Shown: one piece after another, positions 46,825-60,549 of the stretch | How the letters are laid out: the number at the start of each line of letters is the position of its first letter | How positions within the stretch are numbered: position 1 is the stretch's first letter | Assembly (NCBI GenBank): GCA_964016885.1 | Contig: OZ024749.1 | Location: 24,986,001-25,050,000, forward strand | Source of the DNA: Eledone cirrhosa | Lineage: Eukaryota | Direction: 5' to 3' | DNA: 64,000 nucleotides | The notes under the pieces: model-generated | What the model was told of the DNA's origin: nothing | Database searches by the model: none | The model's input: the letters and a program-made list of their open reading frames with translations, nothing else | Translations under genes and position numbers: made by a program

Positions 46825-47389
46825 TTTAAGACTATACAGAGCATTTGATGTTATTCCAAATTGAAGGATAAGTGTTTCAAACTTTGTTTTATCATGAGTT
46901 AAAGGTCTATAGATTTTTCCCTGGATTTTACTAAATTCTGTGGATGAATTTGTATCCTGATTCTCTTTTGAGATGAGTTTGAGTTATTTTTCCTAAATCT
47001 TTCGTTAACTACTTTTCCCATCTTGACGTTATAGTCGCATATATGTTATAGAATGCCGTTAGCTTCTTGCTAAAACAATCTCTATACCTCTCATTTATAT
47101 TTATACTCGGATTCTTTTCCTAGAGTGCTTAAACTATCTGTGACTAATCCCGGTTTTTTTCATAAAAACTGTGATAATTATTGCTATTTTGCTGAACTCC
47201 TTGTAGAGTTTTTTTTCAGAATGTATTTGACTGCTATTTCTTGTAAATAAACATTCACTTCCATCCTGACGTCACTAGCCCCGTTTTTTCCTCATGTGCT
47301 TTTTCATAAATACACATGAAGGCGAACTAGCCAGTTTTAGAACTCCCTTTTTCGGATTATATTACTGTGAGAGCCCTGGTTTCTGTTGA

Positions 47390-47470
47390 GCTCTGCTGAT
47401 GAATGAAATCCAACCGTGACCATCTCCACTGAAAGTTTTCATGAAATAGTCTTTTAAGACTATACAGAGC
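47390..47470 (+). ncRNA. Canonical type I hammerhead
   Basis: GCUCUG-CUGAUGA-AUGAAA...UUUCAU-GAAAUAGUCUU uu AAGACUAUA^CAGAGC. Confidence 0.85.
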
Positions 47471-48017
47471 ATTTGATGTTATTCCAAATTGAAGGATAAG
47501 TGTTTCAAACTTTGTTTTATCATGAGTTAAAGGTCTATAGATTTTTCCCTGGATTTTACTAAATTCTGTGGATGAATTTGTATCCTGATTCTCTTTTGAG
47601 ATGAGTTTGAGTTATTTTTCCTAAATCTTTCGTTAACTACTTTTCCCATCTTGACGTTATAGTCGCATATATGTTATAGAATGCCGTTAGCTTCTTGCTA
47701 AAACAATCTCTATACCTCTCATTTATATTTATACTCGGATTCTTTTCCTAGAGTGCTTAAACTATCTGTGACTAATCCCGGTTTTTTTCATAAAAACTGT
47801 GATAATTATTGCTATTTTGCTGAACTCCTTGTAGAGTTTTTTTTCAGAATGTATTTGACTGCTATTTCTTGTAAATAAACATTCACTTCCATCCTGACGT
47901 CACTAGCCCCGTTTTTTCCTCATGTGCTTTTTCATAAATACACATGAAGGCGAACTAGCCAGTTTTAGAACTCCCTTTTTCGGATTATATTACTGTGAGA
48001 GCCCTGGTTTCTGTTGA

Positions 48018-48098
48018 GCTCTGCTGATGAATGAAATCCAACCGTGACCATCTCCACTGAAAGTTTTCATGAAATAGTCTTTTAAGACTATACAGAGC
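48018..48098 (+). ncRNA. Canonical type I hammerhead (second unit)
   Basis: Identical motif 628 bp downstream. Confidence 0.85.
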
Positions 48099-48371
48099 AT
48101 TTGATGTTATTCCAAATTGAAGGATAAGTGTTTCAAACTTTGTTTTATCATGAGTTAAAGGTCTATAGATTTTTCCCTGGATTTTACTAAATTCTGTGGA
48201 TGAATTTGTATCCTGATTCTCTTTTGAGATGAGTTTGAGTTATTTTTCCTAAATCTTTCGTTAACTACTTTTCCCATCTTGACGTTATAGTCGCATATAT
48301 GTTATAGAATGCCGTTAGCTTCTTGCTAAAACAATCTCTATACCTCTCATTTATATATATATATATATATA

Positions 48372-48436
<65 letters not shown>

Positions 48437-48529
48437 GTGTGTGTGTGTGTGTGTGTGTAAAAGTTCTACTTAAATTGTTGGGATACGACAAGCAAATATT
48501 TTTATAACCGATATAAAGCACTCAACAAA

Positions 48530-48594
48530 TATTTTATCTGATGAAATCACACCATAATTTAACCTGGTGTCCTTGAAATATTTATAATGAAATA
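48530..48594 (+). ncRNA. Probable type I hammerhead
   Basis: UAUUUUAU-CUGAUGA-AAucACACCA..UGGUGUccUU-GAAAUA uu UAUA^AUGAAAUA. Confidence 0.6.
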
Positions 48595-48629
48595 AATATG
48601 GTTTTATAAATATAGTTTCCATTTGTTAA

Positions 48630-48689
<60 letters not shown>

Positions 48690-48699
<10 letters not shown>

Positions 48700-49316
48700 C
48701 GTAAAATAAGAAAATCTTAAAAAAATTTTTTTTTTTTAAATTTTTTACTTACTTACTTAAATTTTCACTCCAACTAATTAGTTTCTGCAATGGGATAAAG
48801 ACAGTTACGTAATCTAACTGTCGAGAATTCATTGCGTCATCAGGGAGTCTATTCTCAGCTAAGTCTCCAGGCAATGCGCGGACACTGGCGGCTCATATAA
48901 AAATAATAATAATTCGGTAGATAGAACAGCTGGCGAGGACTGAATTCCATGTACTGAAATCCTCACTGCTTCTAGTCAAATGGCCGATTCTAAAGAATCA
49001 ATCACGTGACACAGAGGCTAGTCAGAAGGAATGGGATGGTAAGATGACTGACCCCTACTAACACCCCCCAAAACAATTTTTTTAGAAGTGGTTTTGGCAG
49101 GTTTGCTCGACAAATCAGTGATTTGGAGATAAATATAGATAATTTAATATATCAACTAACATAAGCGCACAGATGCACGCCCATGCCAGCAAATACACAG
49201 GTTATGTCATAGTACCTAGGTGGTTCAATGCAGGATGGATGCAGAACAATAATATAAAAGACGTAAAATAAGAAAATCTTTTTTAAACATTTTTTTAAAA
49301 TATTTTTTACTTACTT
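48690..49316 (-). mobile_element. Diverged family C relative, ~561-bp partial tandem, HHR at 48767-48848(-)
   Basis: ACUCC-CUGAUGA-cGCAAUG...CAUUGCa-GAAAC UAAUUA GUU^GGAGU; aaagacgtaaaataagaaaatc recurs at ~48696 and ~49257. Confidence 0.8.
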
Positions 49317-49774
49317 ATATATATATATATATATATAGGTATATATATTCATTTTTGTATAAATTTATGTATATATATACACATATATATTAATATACAT
49401 ATGTATTTATATTGTGTGTGTTTATATATATATATACACGTATATATACATGTATTTATATTGTGTGTGTTTATCTATGTATGTATTTGGGTATGCATAT
49501 TATTGTAGGTATACAAACATTCATTGCTTCTTATGGGAGCAATATTTGGAATCAATGATCCGTTCCTCATAACTCTACGAGCAAATATTATTGAACTATT
49601 GATGATATCTATCCTCGTGTCTTGAGCTTAACTTTCTAATACATGCAGTTCTCAATTAATACACACAATATCTGTGTTACTTGATCTCCTGTTGTCATGT
49701 TATTTTTAATTAGGCAGAGAAAGAGAGAGAGGCAGACAGAGAGAGGGCGGTGGATTGGCAGTATCGGATTAAGG

Positions 49775-51875
49775 GATTCAAAACAAGTAGTAAAATGATT
49801 TTGCATGCGGACAAAACTAATAACATATACAGCCTAGATTATGATACATATAGAAAGTTTATATATAAGAGCTACAAGAAAACTACTATGAAAATCCTAA
49901 AAGACATTAATATAGAAGGCCGGAATATAGTGTCCAAAATAGGACTTCAGAGATATACACAACCATACAGCCCAAACCCCCTAGATTCTCTCTGGAGGAT
50001 TTCATTAGTAACCCCTCGATTAGAGTAATCTGCCCTTCCATGTCTGACATTGGCATTATCAGGAAGAACATTTTAGATAAAATCATCCCACATATTAAAT
50101 ACAAAATATACCTTAAACAATGGGGAAATACGGGTGAAGTTATTGAATGGTTTAAAGATATCAAAGAAATAAAAAAATAAAAATTATTCAATTTGATATC
50201 AATTCATACTACACCTCTATTTCCGCTATCCTATTAAATAAGGTACTAATTAGGGCCATGAACAATAGTGACCTGACTAGACCCCAGATTGATGTCATAC
50301 TTGCGGCCCGTAAAACCGTAATCACTTTTGAAGACCAGTTATGGACCCACAAGGATACGCATAGCAACTTCGACATAACCATGGGATCTAGTGACTCGGC
50401 GCAGGTCACTGATATGGGGGGCCTATACTTACTAAACAAAATCCAACGAAATCAACGGTGGTTTGTACCGCGATGATGCACTTCTCCGTATAGACTATAA
50501 TAAATTTAATATAGAAAGATCTAGAAAACAATTGCACAAGACTTTCAAAAACTATAACCTAAGTATCAGCATAGACAAAAACACTAAAACGTTAACTTCC
50601 TAGATGCCACCCTTTAACTAGACTCTAAGATATATACACGATTCCATAAACCTAACGAAAAACTGATTTACGTAAATACCAAGTATAACCACCCTAGATC
50701 AATATTAAGCTATATCTCTAAAGGAATATCCAATAGAATCTCTAATCTATCTTATGACGAAACCATATTTAGCAAAAACTTACAATACTATAATCAGGCA
50801 TTAGCTAGATCAGGCCATAATAATGAGATCGAGTTCCTACCTATAAAAACACATAGTTACAACATTATTTTGCACAATATGTCCATGAGGAAAAATAGTA
50901 ATAGGAATAATAACCACACACACACAAGTACGAAGGGTGGCAACTAACGTAACCGACACCAGGGAAGGCACCAAAAATACCATAAACGGAAGCATCTCAC
51001 CAGACATAAAAAAACAAAAATAGAAGAAGAAATAATACATTTTTAACCCCCCCCCCCCCATGCAATCTAAACGTCTCTACCAACCTACCTAAGCCTTTCT
51101 TCTCACTCCTAGATAAAAACTCCCCATCTGGCCACAAGTACCATAGTCTTATAAATAAAAACACCATTAAAATCTCCTACTCTACCACGCCTAACATAGC
51201 ATACCACATAGCTAGTAGCAATTAAAGAAAAATTAATACTTACTTCCAACAAACTAAAACACAGCAGGGGGTAAACCTTCAAAACAACGTAATACCTGCA
51301 AACCCTAATATCAATAGTAATAATGGTAATAGCACTAGTGAAAGCAATAACGCTAGGAGCGACTACCCCCATAACCATAATGCAATACCTAGCAACCAGA
51401 CTTCTACACAACATAATAACCGGCAGCTTAACATCCAACATAATTGTAACTGTAGATCTAATAGAACCTGCCCTTTAGATAAAAAACTGCTTAATCAAGG
51501 ACATCATATACTCATGCGCCGTCAAAATTAGCAACTCTTCTGAAACCTATATAGGATCTACTTCGAACTGCTTCAAAACCAGATACAATTCACACCTCCA
51601 TTCTTTAAAAAAACACAGTCTAGCCAACTTCACTTCACTATCTAGCTACATACACTATCTAAAAACTAGAAATAGATCTTATACACTTCAATGGGAAGTA
51701 ACAGGTAAGGCGGCATCGTACAAACCACCTAATAAATTCTGTAACCTCTGTCTATTAGAGACCCATACTATAATTTTCTCAAACCATAACCTCCTTAATA
51801 AAAAATCGGAAGTGTTTGCATCGTGCCAGCACCACTTCCGGCACTCCTTCCAAAACTTTAAACCCAATATATAAC
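49775..51875 (+). pseudogene. Penelope-like retroelement RT + GIY-YIG ORF, multiply frameshifted (possibly Naiad-like clade)
   Basis: ADKTNNIY, FDI..YTSI, FDITMGSSDSAQVTDMGGLYLL, GLYRDD, HKPNEKLIYVN..NHP, CNCR..CPL, TYIGST..FKTRYNSH, CNLCLLE..LLNKKSE. Degenerate HHR-like motif downstream at 53411-53455(+). Confidence 0.9.
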
Positions 51876-53186
51876 AAGTCGGACTTGAACCCATCACCAC
51901 TCCTAGCACCACATCCCAAGGGAACACCTTACACCACAACTCTACACTCTCTGATCCACCCTATCTTGACACAAATTATTCCATCTATCTATAACTTTAT
52001 ACCCTAGAAATATCCCCATAAACACCTACTTTTAATATAACTACTTTCAATTACTTATAATTATATAATGATACAATACAGTCCATATAAACTTTGAATA
52101 CTAGATACGGCTATGAATTATTTATGCACTTGTAATTAAATGTATGGAGTGATAACATTGGATATATATAAGATTAATTTATTAACATAAGAGATCTGAC
52201 TAACTTATATGTAGGGTGCTGCAATGAATTATGTATGAATTATATATGAATTATATATGCAAGTATAACTTGATGGATAGATTAATGACATTGTAAATGA
52301 GGCATGTATTTGTCTGCCCTAGAGATGTATTTTGTTTTGCCATGCAAACAGACATACGCTGTTCCATAACTTACCAGGGGTAATGTAGACAAAATTCTAA
52401 TAGGTCCCCTGATATGTTCTTAGAGTAGACTGCATTTACAGTGAACTTGGATATACAGGTATGACACTTTGTATGGAATATTCAATTGTAGCACTATATG
52501 ATAGGGAGTAATCAACTTAATATAGATACCTTTAGTACATCATGATAGAGTAGACTGTATTTAAAATTGGAAACTAGATATAAATGTATAACCGTCTATA
52601 TAAGGGACTCAATTGAGGCGCCTGATAATGTATGTTAGAACAATGAATTTAGTTATGAGATTCGGCTAGTTACCTCCCCTTACGCAGTAACTCCCCTTAA
52701 TTACACACATACTTCCGGGTAATAAACCGCTGTAAATTCTCGCAGCAGAATCAACCTATTCTATAAACTTGGATTAAATAACACTGAGCCTTAATACGCT
52801 AAAATAATTTATTTTAATGCATCAAACATTCAATACGGAATCATCGTTACTTATGTGATGGATGTAGAAACTATATCTTACTTTGTATGAATGTGAAAAT
52901 GATGGTGGATACGAAAACCATAACTTTCTTTTGCTTCTTCCTTTTATTTTTATTTTTCTGCACACATACTTTTTTGTTCTATACAAAAATACCTTACCAC
53001 TACAACCACCATAATAGTCTTGCTTACCCGCTTAAAGTGCTTGCATTACGTGTAACACCCTGCCACACAATAATATTATTAAAATGAGACACACTTGCAT
53101 GCTCCACGTGTAACTAACGCATACACTACCTACTAGACCAGACTATCAAGCAATCCTCTTGCATTATCTGTGTTATCTGCTGGATG

Positions 53187-53260
53187 TATTTTAATTTTGA
53201 TTTTGATTTTAATTTTGATTTTGATTTTGATTTTGATTTTGATTTTGATTTTGATTTTGA
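53187..53260. repeat. (TTTTGA)n hexamer repeat
   Basis: Direct inspection. Confidence 0.95.
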
Positions 53261-53316
53261 ATCTGCATTGCTCTACAAAAATAGTATATTATAATATATG
53301 CCACTCCACTGTACAT

Positions 53317-53354
<38 letters not shown>

Positions 53355-53663
53355 CTGTATGTCTCTTGCATTGGAAAGGAGGTCATTTATGTGTACAAAC
53401 ATTGATAAATGCTCCGAAGACAGCAAGCCTAGGTTTGGATGAAACAATTCTAAGTGAATAAATGCTTTGAACATAGCTTTGATTCTTGTGAATTCTATAT
53501 AACTGCTCTGTAGAACAACTGATGTTATTACATTGAGCTATTTATTTTTCTCACTGGTAATAAAGTAGTAATAAATTACTGACCTTCACTGTTTAGGGTT
53601 TAAAATATACATAACTATAAAAAGTGTTAATATATACATAACCATTAATAGTATCCCTAATAT

Positions 53664-53723
<60 letters not shown>

Positions 53724-54267
53724 TAAATATATATATAGCATTCTTCTCCCCATTTTTTCACATATATTTACCTAAACTGCGATTCTGTTTTTCTCTCTCT
53801 CTCTCTTACTGCTCCCTCGTTCTCTCTGTTTCTCCTACTTTCTTTCGCCCCCTCTGTCATGTCAGTTAACTATTCCTTATACTTCCACTCACTCACTCAC
53901 TGTTTCTCCCCTTCTCACTTCACCCCGTTCGCGACGAATACATTTTCTTTCTTTCTCACATTTGGATTCATCTCGAAAGGTCTTTTTTCTAAGCGCTCAT
54001 ATATTCACCTAGCTGATGCTAACAGAATAACTATGTAGCTTGTTCCCTTACTCTCTACGGTTAGCTTTCCTCCTTGTTATTTACTTGTCTCACTCGCTTT
54101 ACGCGTTTTAATTGTCCTAATAACTTAATTTAGTTATTATTGCACCGATGTGAGGTATATGATTTTTAATGCAATGAAATATCTATGATCGTCGGCAAAT
54201 CACTGACGTGGGACTCATTTTATAACATGTTATCCATGTGCAACCTGCAGTATTATTCTCCCCATTT

Positions 54268-54330
<63 letters not shown>

Positions 54331-54331
<1 letters not shown>

Positions 54332-54930
54332 CAGGTCACCAGTTGGTGCTACTGGTAAAATGTATCCCAGGACAACCTGTCTCATGGTCGGGTCGTTGGC
54401 GACTAAACTGCCAACCCCACCAAGGTTTCTTGGTGAGGAGGGTGACGTTGGACACCCTGCAGGACTAAAAATAAAACCTGTCAAAAGGCAAAGGGGCGCT
54501 TAAGAGCCAATAGCCATCCAAAATCACTGGGAGAGATGACCCCTTAGCCTTTGTCAAGGCAGAATTCTAGGAGAAGGAAAACCCTGATTTATGCAACCCT
54601 GATGGTATCCAATGATGTTGACTTGTTCTTCTTTTTGGTAAATATCATCTTGGTCAAGAGAGTGAGACTGGCTTTGTGCAGTGCCTTTGTTCCCTATAAA
54701 GGCTTCACGGCACAGGCATTGCTATATATCTGGAGATCTCTGCACTTGTCGTCACATGGTAGCATGGGCCCAGCACTATGTGTCAATAATTGTCACAGGT
54801 GTAGTGTTTGTACCAGAGTTTTCAAGTCGCTGGGTGGACTAAAATGTCACACTCGTTCAGCGCATCATCAGGGGTTCTCCTACATGGATATAAAGTAGTG
54901 GCCGTACTTGAAAACGAGTCGGCAGCCACC
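54331..54930 (+). mobile_element. Internally deleted RTE-like LINE derivative (5' UTR fused to the zinc-finger 3' end)
   Basis: agcctttgtcaaggc..ctaggagaaggaaaacc motif (also at ~17505-17540) and [23 protein letters not shown]2H2; (TA)n follows. Confidence 0.55.
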
Positions 54931-54995
54931 ATATATATATATATATATATATACTTATATATATATATATATATACTTATATATATATATATATA

Positions 54996-55036
<41 letters not shown>

Positions 55037-55073
55037 TTATATATATATATACTTATATATATATATATATATA

Positions 55074-55132
<59 letters not shown>

Positions 55133-55180
55133 TTATATATATATAAGTATATATATATATATACTTATATATATATATAA

Positions 55181-55222
<42 letters not shown>

Positions 55223-55237
55223 TTATATATATATATA

Positions 55238-55318
<81 letters not shown>

Positions 55319-55372
55319 CGTTTCTGAATTTGTTTAGCAAGATTCTTTATCTGAAATCGTGTGTTGAAACCG

Positions 55373-55460
55373 ATATTGTTATACTTTCGGAGGGTCATGT
55401 TGCCAATAAGGTGCGTGTGTTTCTTATTGGCAACATGACCCTCCCAAAGTATAACAATAT
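55373..55460. repeat. Hairpin made of the PLE terminal motif shared with 14410/15645
   Basis: atattgttatacttt.ggagggtcatgttgccaataag / cttattggcaacatgaccctcc.aaagtataacaatat. Confidence 0.85.
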
Positions 55461-55496
55461 ATATATATAATTATATATATATATATATATATATAC

Positions 55497-55582
<86 letters not shown>

Positions 55583-56235
55583 TATATATATATATATCGC
55601 TTCTCCAGGACTAGAACTGTGTCATTCGGAAATCATATTTATACTCTGCTATGTATTGAGTACCTTACTTAATTTGTTTACCTCCGATTGAACCCGACAC
55701 ACACACACACAGCACACACACACGCACACACACACCCACGCACATATATATGTGTGTGTGTTTGCGTGTGTCCGTGTGTCTATGTTTGCTTTAGTTTGTC
55801 TTCCACTGATTTTTGGAGTGTGTAAATACCTGTCTAAGTAACATTGTGCATTATCAGATATTCTTTACACAGCTCTCCCGTTCTCAAGTGATCTCGATGA
55901 TATCACTTGTTATAAAATAGCAAAACCGCCAGACTATTTAAACAATGACTTTAAACAAACTATTTAAGAACTTTGTCTGACAAAAGATACTATATTCTTA
56001 TGAAATATTTATTTTATATTGTTACACTGAGTAGCTACTAATGAATTCTAGAAACTGGGGACAATTCTGAGTCAAAATATAGTAGTATATCTTTCTTGTG
56101 ATTCTAAGTGCGATAAATATTGTTGTATATATCAACTTAAGCATCCTTCATGTGTAAACCAATTTCCTGGATATAATATATTAGAACTCTTCTGATTGCG
56201 ACAAAGCTCAGGAAATGAAATTCACGCAAATCCGC

Positions 56236-56351
<116 letters not shown>

Positions 56352-56534
56352 ACATGATTATATATATATAAAATTATATATATATATTTATATATGAATA
56401 AATATATATATATATATATAATTATATATACATGTTTTATATATAATTATATATATATTAGGGATACACACACACACATATATATGTATATATATATATA
56501 CAAATATGTATTATATACCTATATATATATATAT

Positions 56535-56590
<56 letters not shown>

Positions 56591-56621
56591 ATATAGTTTT
56601 GTGTGTATGTATGCATGTATT

Positions 56622-56657
<36 letters not shown>

Positions 56658-58849
56658 ATACAAATACATAATCGGAGAAAGCTAATAGCGATACTCCGGC
56701 CAAATTCCAACTCACTCTACAAACATTAGGAAATACCTGACTATATTCCTAATTAAACGTTCGGGGTGCTAACTAATTGTATTGTGTGGAAAATTGGCTG
56801 TATTATTTCATATGAGATATATCAAATATATCACTTCCCAGACGACTCGTTTCATTATAAGATTTCTACAAGTTGGGTGAAATTATACCAAATTATGTAG
56901 AAGCTTGTATAAGATCAACAGATACTTATTCAAGTGGACTCTTATAATTCTTCAGTGGGTGCCCAATAATATTAATATTGATAAACATATCAACATCAAT
57001 ATTTTGCGATAATCACCATCAGTGCTTGAGGGAGCTGCTAGGTTTTGAGTCCAGCAGTTCTAAAGAAAATCTCACACATTCCCGAAAAAAGGAGGAAGGA
57101 GACTACCGCCAAAAACAATACATGCGCAGGTCGTTGAACTCTGAAAAGAATTCAAGCCATGTGCTAAGATATATATATATATATTTAAAAGAGGCGGGGT
57201 GGTTAAAACAGGCACAACGAAATAAACAACGGGGAGGCCCACAGTCTTTTCTCTGTAGTCAACCTCTAGAAATTACTATAGACTTGGGGCATTATGGTTG
57301 AGGTGGGGTGGATTATGCAGTAGGTCTCCCTGGCCGCTCTCCGCGGAAACATATTTGACATTTTGTGCGGGAACGCGGCTGAGGCACCGGTCAGACTGGA
57401 GCGTTGTGTCTGCCCTCCTCTCACTCACTTCCCTGCGTTGTTTGATCCTTTTTTCTTTCTTTTCATTTATTTTTTCTCCCTTTCTTTGACCCCTTTTAAT
57501 AATGTATATTTCCTTAATTAAATCTAATTTCAACTTCAAATTTAATCAACGAAATTTGATTAAATAATAACATTGATTTAAAGAGAAAAAAATCATTTAA
57601 ACTACAATGCCCAGCTTTTACTGAGATGTGAAACCTGTGCCAGCTGACTCAGCAATACATGATCGTAATCTGAATACCCATACTTTCTTAAACATTGTTC
57701 CATAAGAGTAAATGGAACGAAAGAAACGATGAAGAGTTAATTGCTCAAAACATTGAGTGTTTTTATGTGTTTCGCCGGAGACTTACTTTATATACATATA
57801 CTTTAGCGGAGACTACATATGCTGGCTCGTTCGATTACAATAATATACCAATTGAAATATAACTTGAGATTAATGTATATCTTCGCTTCAATAGTATATA
57901 TCTTTCTACTTTCTTTAGAATTGTCATACGTATCCTCTATGGAACACAACTCTTTGATTTATGTATAAATATTCCCTATTATAGCTGATGCAATTGTTAT
58001 AATAGACCAATAATATGAATAAAACTGCGCCAAACTTCTATGTGAATGTTTGTGCAGAATTTCCCATGGAGTTTATATAACCGTAGCAAATTCTCATCTC
58101 AAAATGATATCTTTCTTCTCAACAACATTTATTTCTCCTTCTTCCTCTTTCTTCACCTTCCTTTCTGTACTTCTCCTTCTTCCCTTCTGTTCTTCTTCTT
58201 CGCCTGTCTTTCTTTCGTTGTTTCCTTCTTTTTGTCCCTACTACTCGTGCAATTCTCAAGAGATGAAAGTTAATAATGTGTAATTTCAACTATCTAACCT
58301 CACTTCTGTTATCGGAATTGATGCAACGTCAACAGAATAAGATATTGTTCTTCATCAAATCCGCACAGTCTAATGGCCTGGAAGATATAGAATGAGAAAG
58401 AAAGAAGAAATAGGATATAGTAATATTTAGTATTAAAAGATAAGATAGACCCGACATATATACTATTTCGAAAACAAAACGTTGTAGAAGTACGTAGAGA
58501 TTATCGCAGCAATGCTGGTAGACTGTAAAAATGGCTTATAACATTTGCTCCATATGTTATTCATCTGTCATAAATGCCTGAAGATTTTTGCTTTTATGAT
58601 AACACCTCATCAAGAAGATATATTAGGAAGATCAATTCAACACCGAATATCCCACATGTTCATGAATATTTAAACCTAATATAAACCTTCGTGTATGTAT
58701 GTATCTTTTGGATTTACTTTAGCGTCTTTAAGATAGAATACATTGCAAGTAAATAAAACGGATGCTTATGAGCGACAAAAATATACAGCTTCCAACCAGG
58801 TTCTTCTACTAATATTTTGATGAAGGGATTTTATCTCGAAATATAAGGA

Positions 58850-59800
58850 CCTATAATGTACCACAAGGTAACATCCGACCATCATAGTCATCATAATATT
58901 CTTTAGATTTACCGCTCAATGCAAATTGTGGTAGTCCACATTCAAAGCAGTATGTTATATACACATCCACATTCTAACAGAAACAGCCTATTACATCAGA
59001 AAAGAGACTGTTGGATTACAGAATTGCTAATTCCTTATTAGGAGTAATTGTGTTTGATGTAGCTTGGCTAACATATTAAACAGACAGACTATGTGCGGTG
59101 ATTAGATCAAATATAGCAATGGCGCCATCGTTCGTAAACAGATGCACAAACGTTTGCATATTGCTATTGCATTTTATGTGTTAACTTGGTAGTAGTGACA
59201 TATATGATGAAACCTGTTCTAGTCAAGAATAAGCAGTCATTTTGTACATCAAGGCTGGAATTTCAAATTACTCTTGTGTTTTAAACGAGGAGAAATAGTT
59301 GTTGCTATTTATCGAGATAACCCTTACGTTATGTCACAGTTTAACAAAACCAAGAGGCCGGAGTGCTCCTTATCAACCTAGCCAACCAAACCTAAGAACC
59401 ATCTTAACAGAATTGTTGAAATGTATTATTGTTTAACGAGAGTGTATTGAGTGGTTACAGAACTCCTTTTAATGGCTAATATTTGCTACGCGAAATAATT
59501 GAATATTTTTATTGTTGTTGTTGATACTCAATTCAACAGTCATGACATGTTTGGTAATATGTTTTCCAAGTACTGGAAATTATGTCATTTTTCCTATAGC
59601 AAGGAATAGAATTCCTAATGTATTCCTATTTTAAAACGTAAAACCTAATGTGAGAAAGATTCGCTGGCTATTTCTCATGATAGACGTAATTAAAGTCGTA
59701 GGTCAACTAATACTACATGATGGAATAACCCAAAGTTACAAACCAAAGTGGCATATAAGAACCAGTTTAAAAGAAGTTGAAAACTATAGACTTACTTATG
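58850..59800 (-). pseudogene. Possible highly decayed ISL2EU/IS4EU-like DDE transposase
   Basis: Collinear eroded motifs across frames: VCNFGLFHH, NFQ..KTY, VSTT, VDK, EIPAL, ERWRH, VGC..TLWYIIG. Confidence 0.35.
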
Positions 59801-60373
59801 ATATTAATCCTCAGCAACAATAGAAAACTTCTACAACAGTAACAAACATGATTAGAAATTATTAACGAATTGAAACCTCTCCATCAGAAGGCTACATTAT
59901 GGTGGGTGAAAGGTTGGCTACAATGAATTAACCCTCTCCACTTCACAGATAATTCTTATCGACAACAAAATGACGAAAGCAGAATCTTTCGTTACCTAAT
60001 TGCGTAATAGAGAGCATTTAATTCAATAATTTAAACTTTCTCCAGGAGCAAAAGCTCTTGACGTATTGTTATAAGTATACCTGCGAGGTAAAGCAATCAT
60101 AGATCACGACGGGGCACCTTTTAGAAAAAAGTGGATATTATATTACAAATTCGGTACATATGTTGTCCAAATGATAGTAACGTATATTATAGATAATAGA
60201 GAAATATGTTGATTCTGCGAAGAAGTAATTAACAATTAATTATTAAACATACATGTGCATAGACACATGTGTTTGCCAATGTGTTTGTATGTGTAATAGT
60301 GCATATATTTTATGTGCTGACGTATGGAGAGAGGAAAACCTCTCCCAAATTATATAAAATAACGCCTGAACAT

Positions 60374-60549
60374 AATTGTTTCTACTTTTGGCACAAGGCC
60401 AGCAATTACCCAGTACATTACTGGTACTTTATTTTATCGACCCGTAAGGATGAAAGGCAAACTTAACCTCGGCGGGATTTGAACTATGAATGGCAAGGGC
60501 CGTAACTCTATGCGTCAATGCATGGCGTCCGACTGCCATTCCACCGCCC
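60374..60549 (-). mobile_element. tRNA-derived SINE, full length
   Basis: Same family. Confidence 0.9.

Larger units (their letters stand above)
46818..48356 (+). repeat. Tandem array of a 628-bp non-coding unit (~2.45 copies) with an HHR at each unit junction
   Basis: gtcttttaagactatacagagc at 46821, 47449 and 48077; units appear identical; flanked by (TA)n. Confidence 0.95.

Noticed and set aside
51440-51850. Selenocysteine (in-frame TGA) as reported for some Naiad PLEs
   Set aside because: The cysteine motifs I read use TGT/TGC codons; no SECIS identified.
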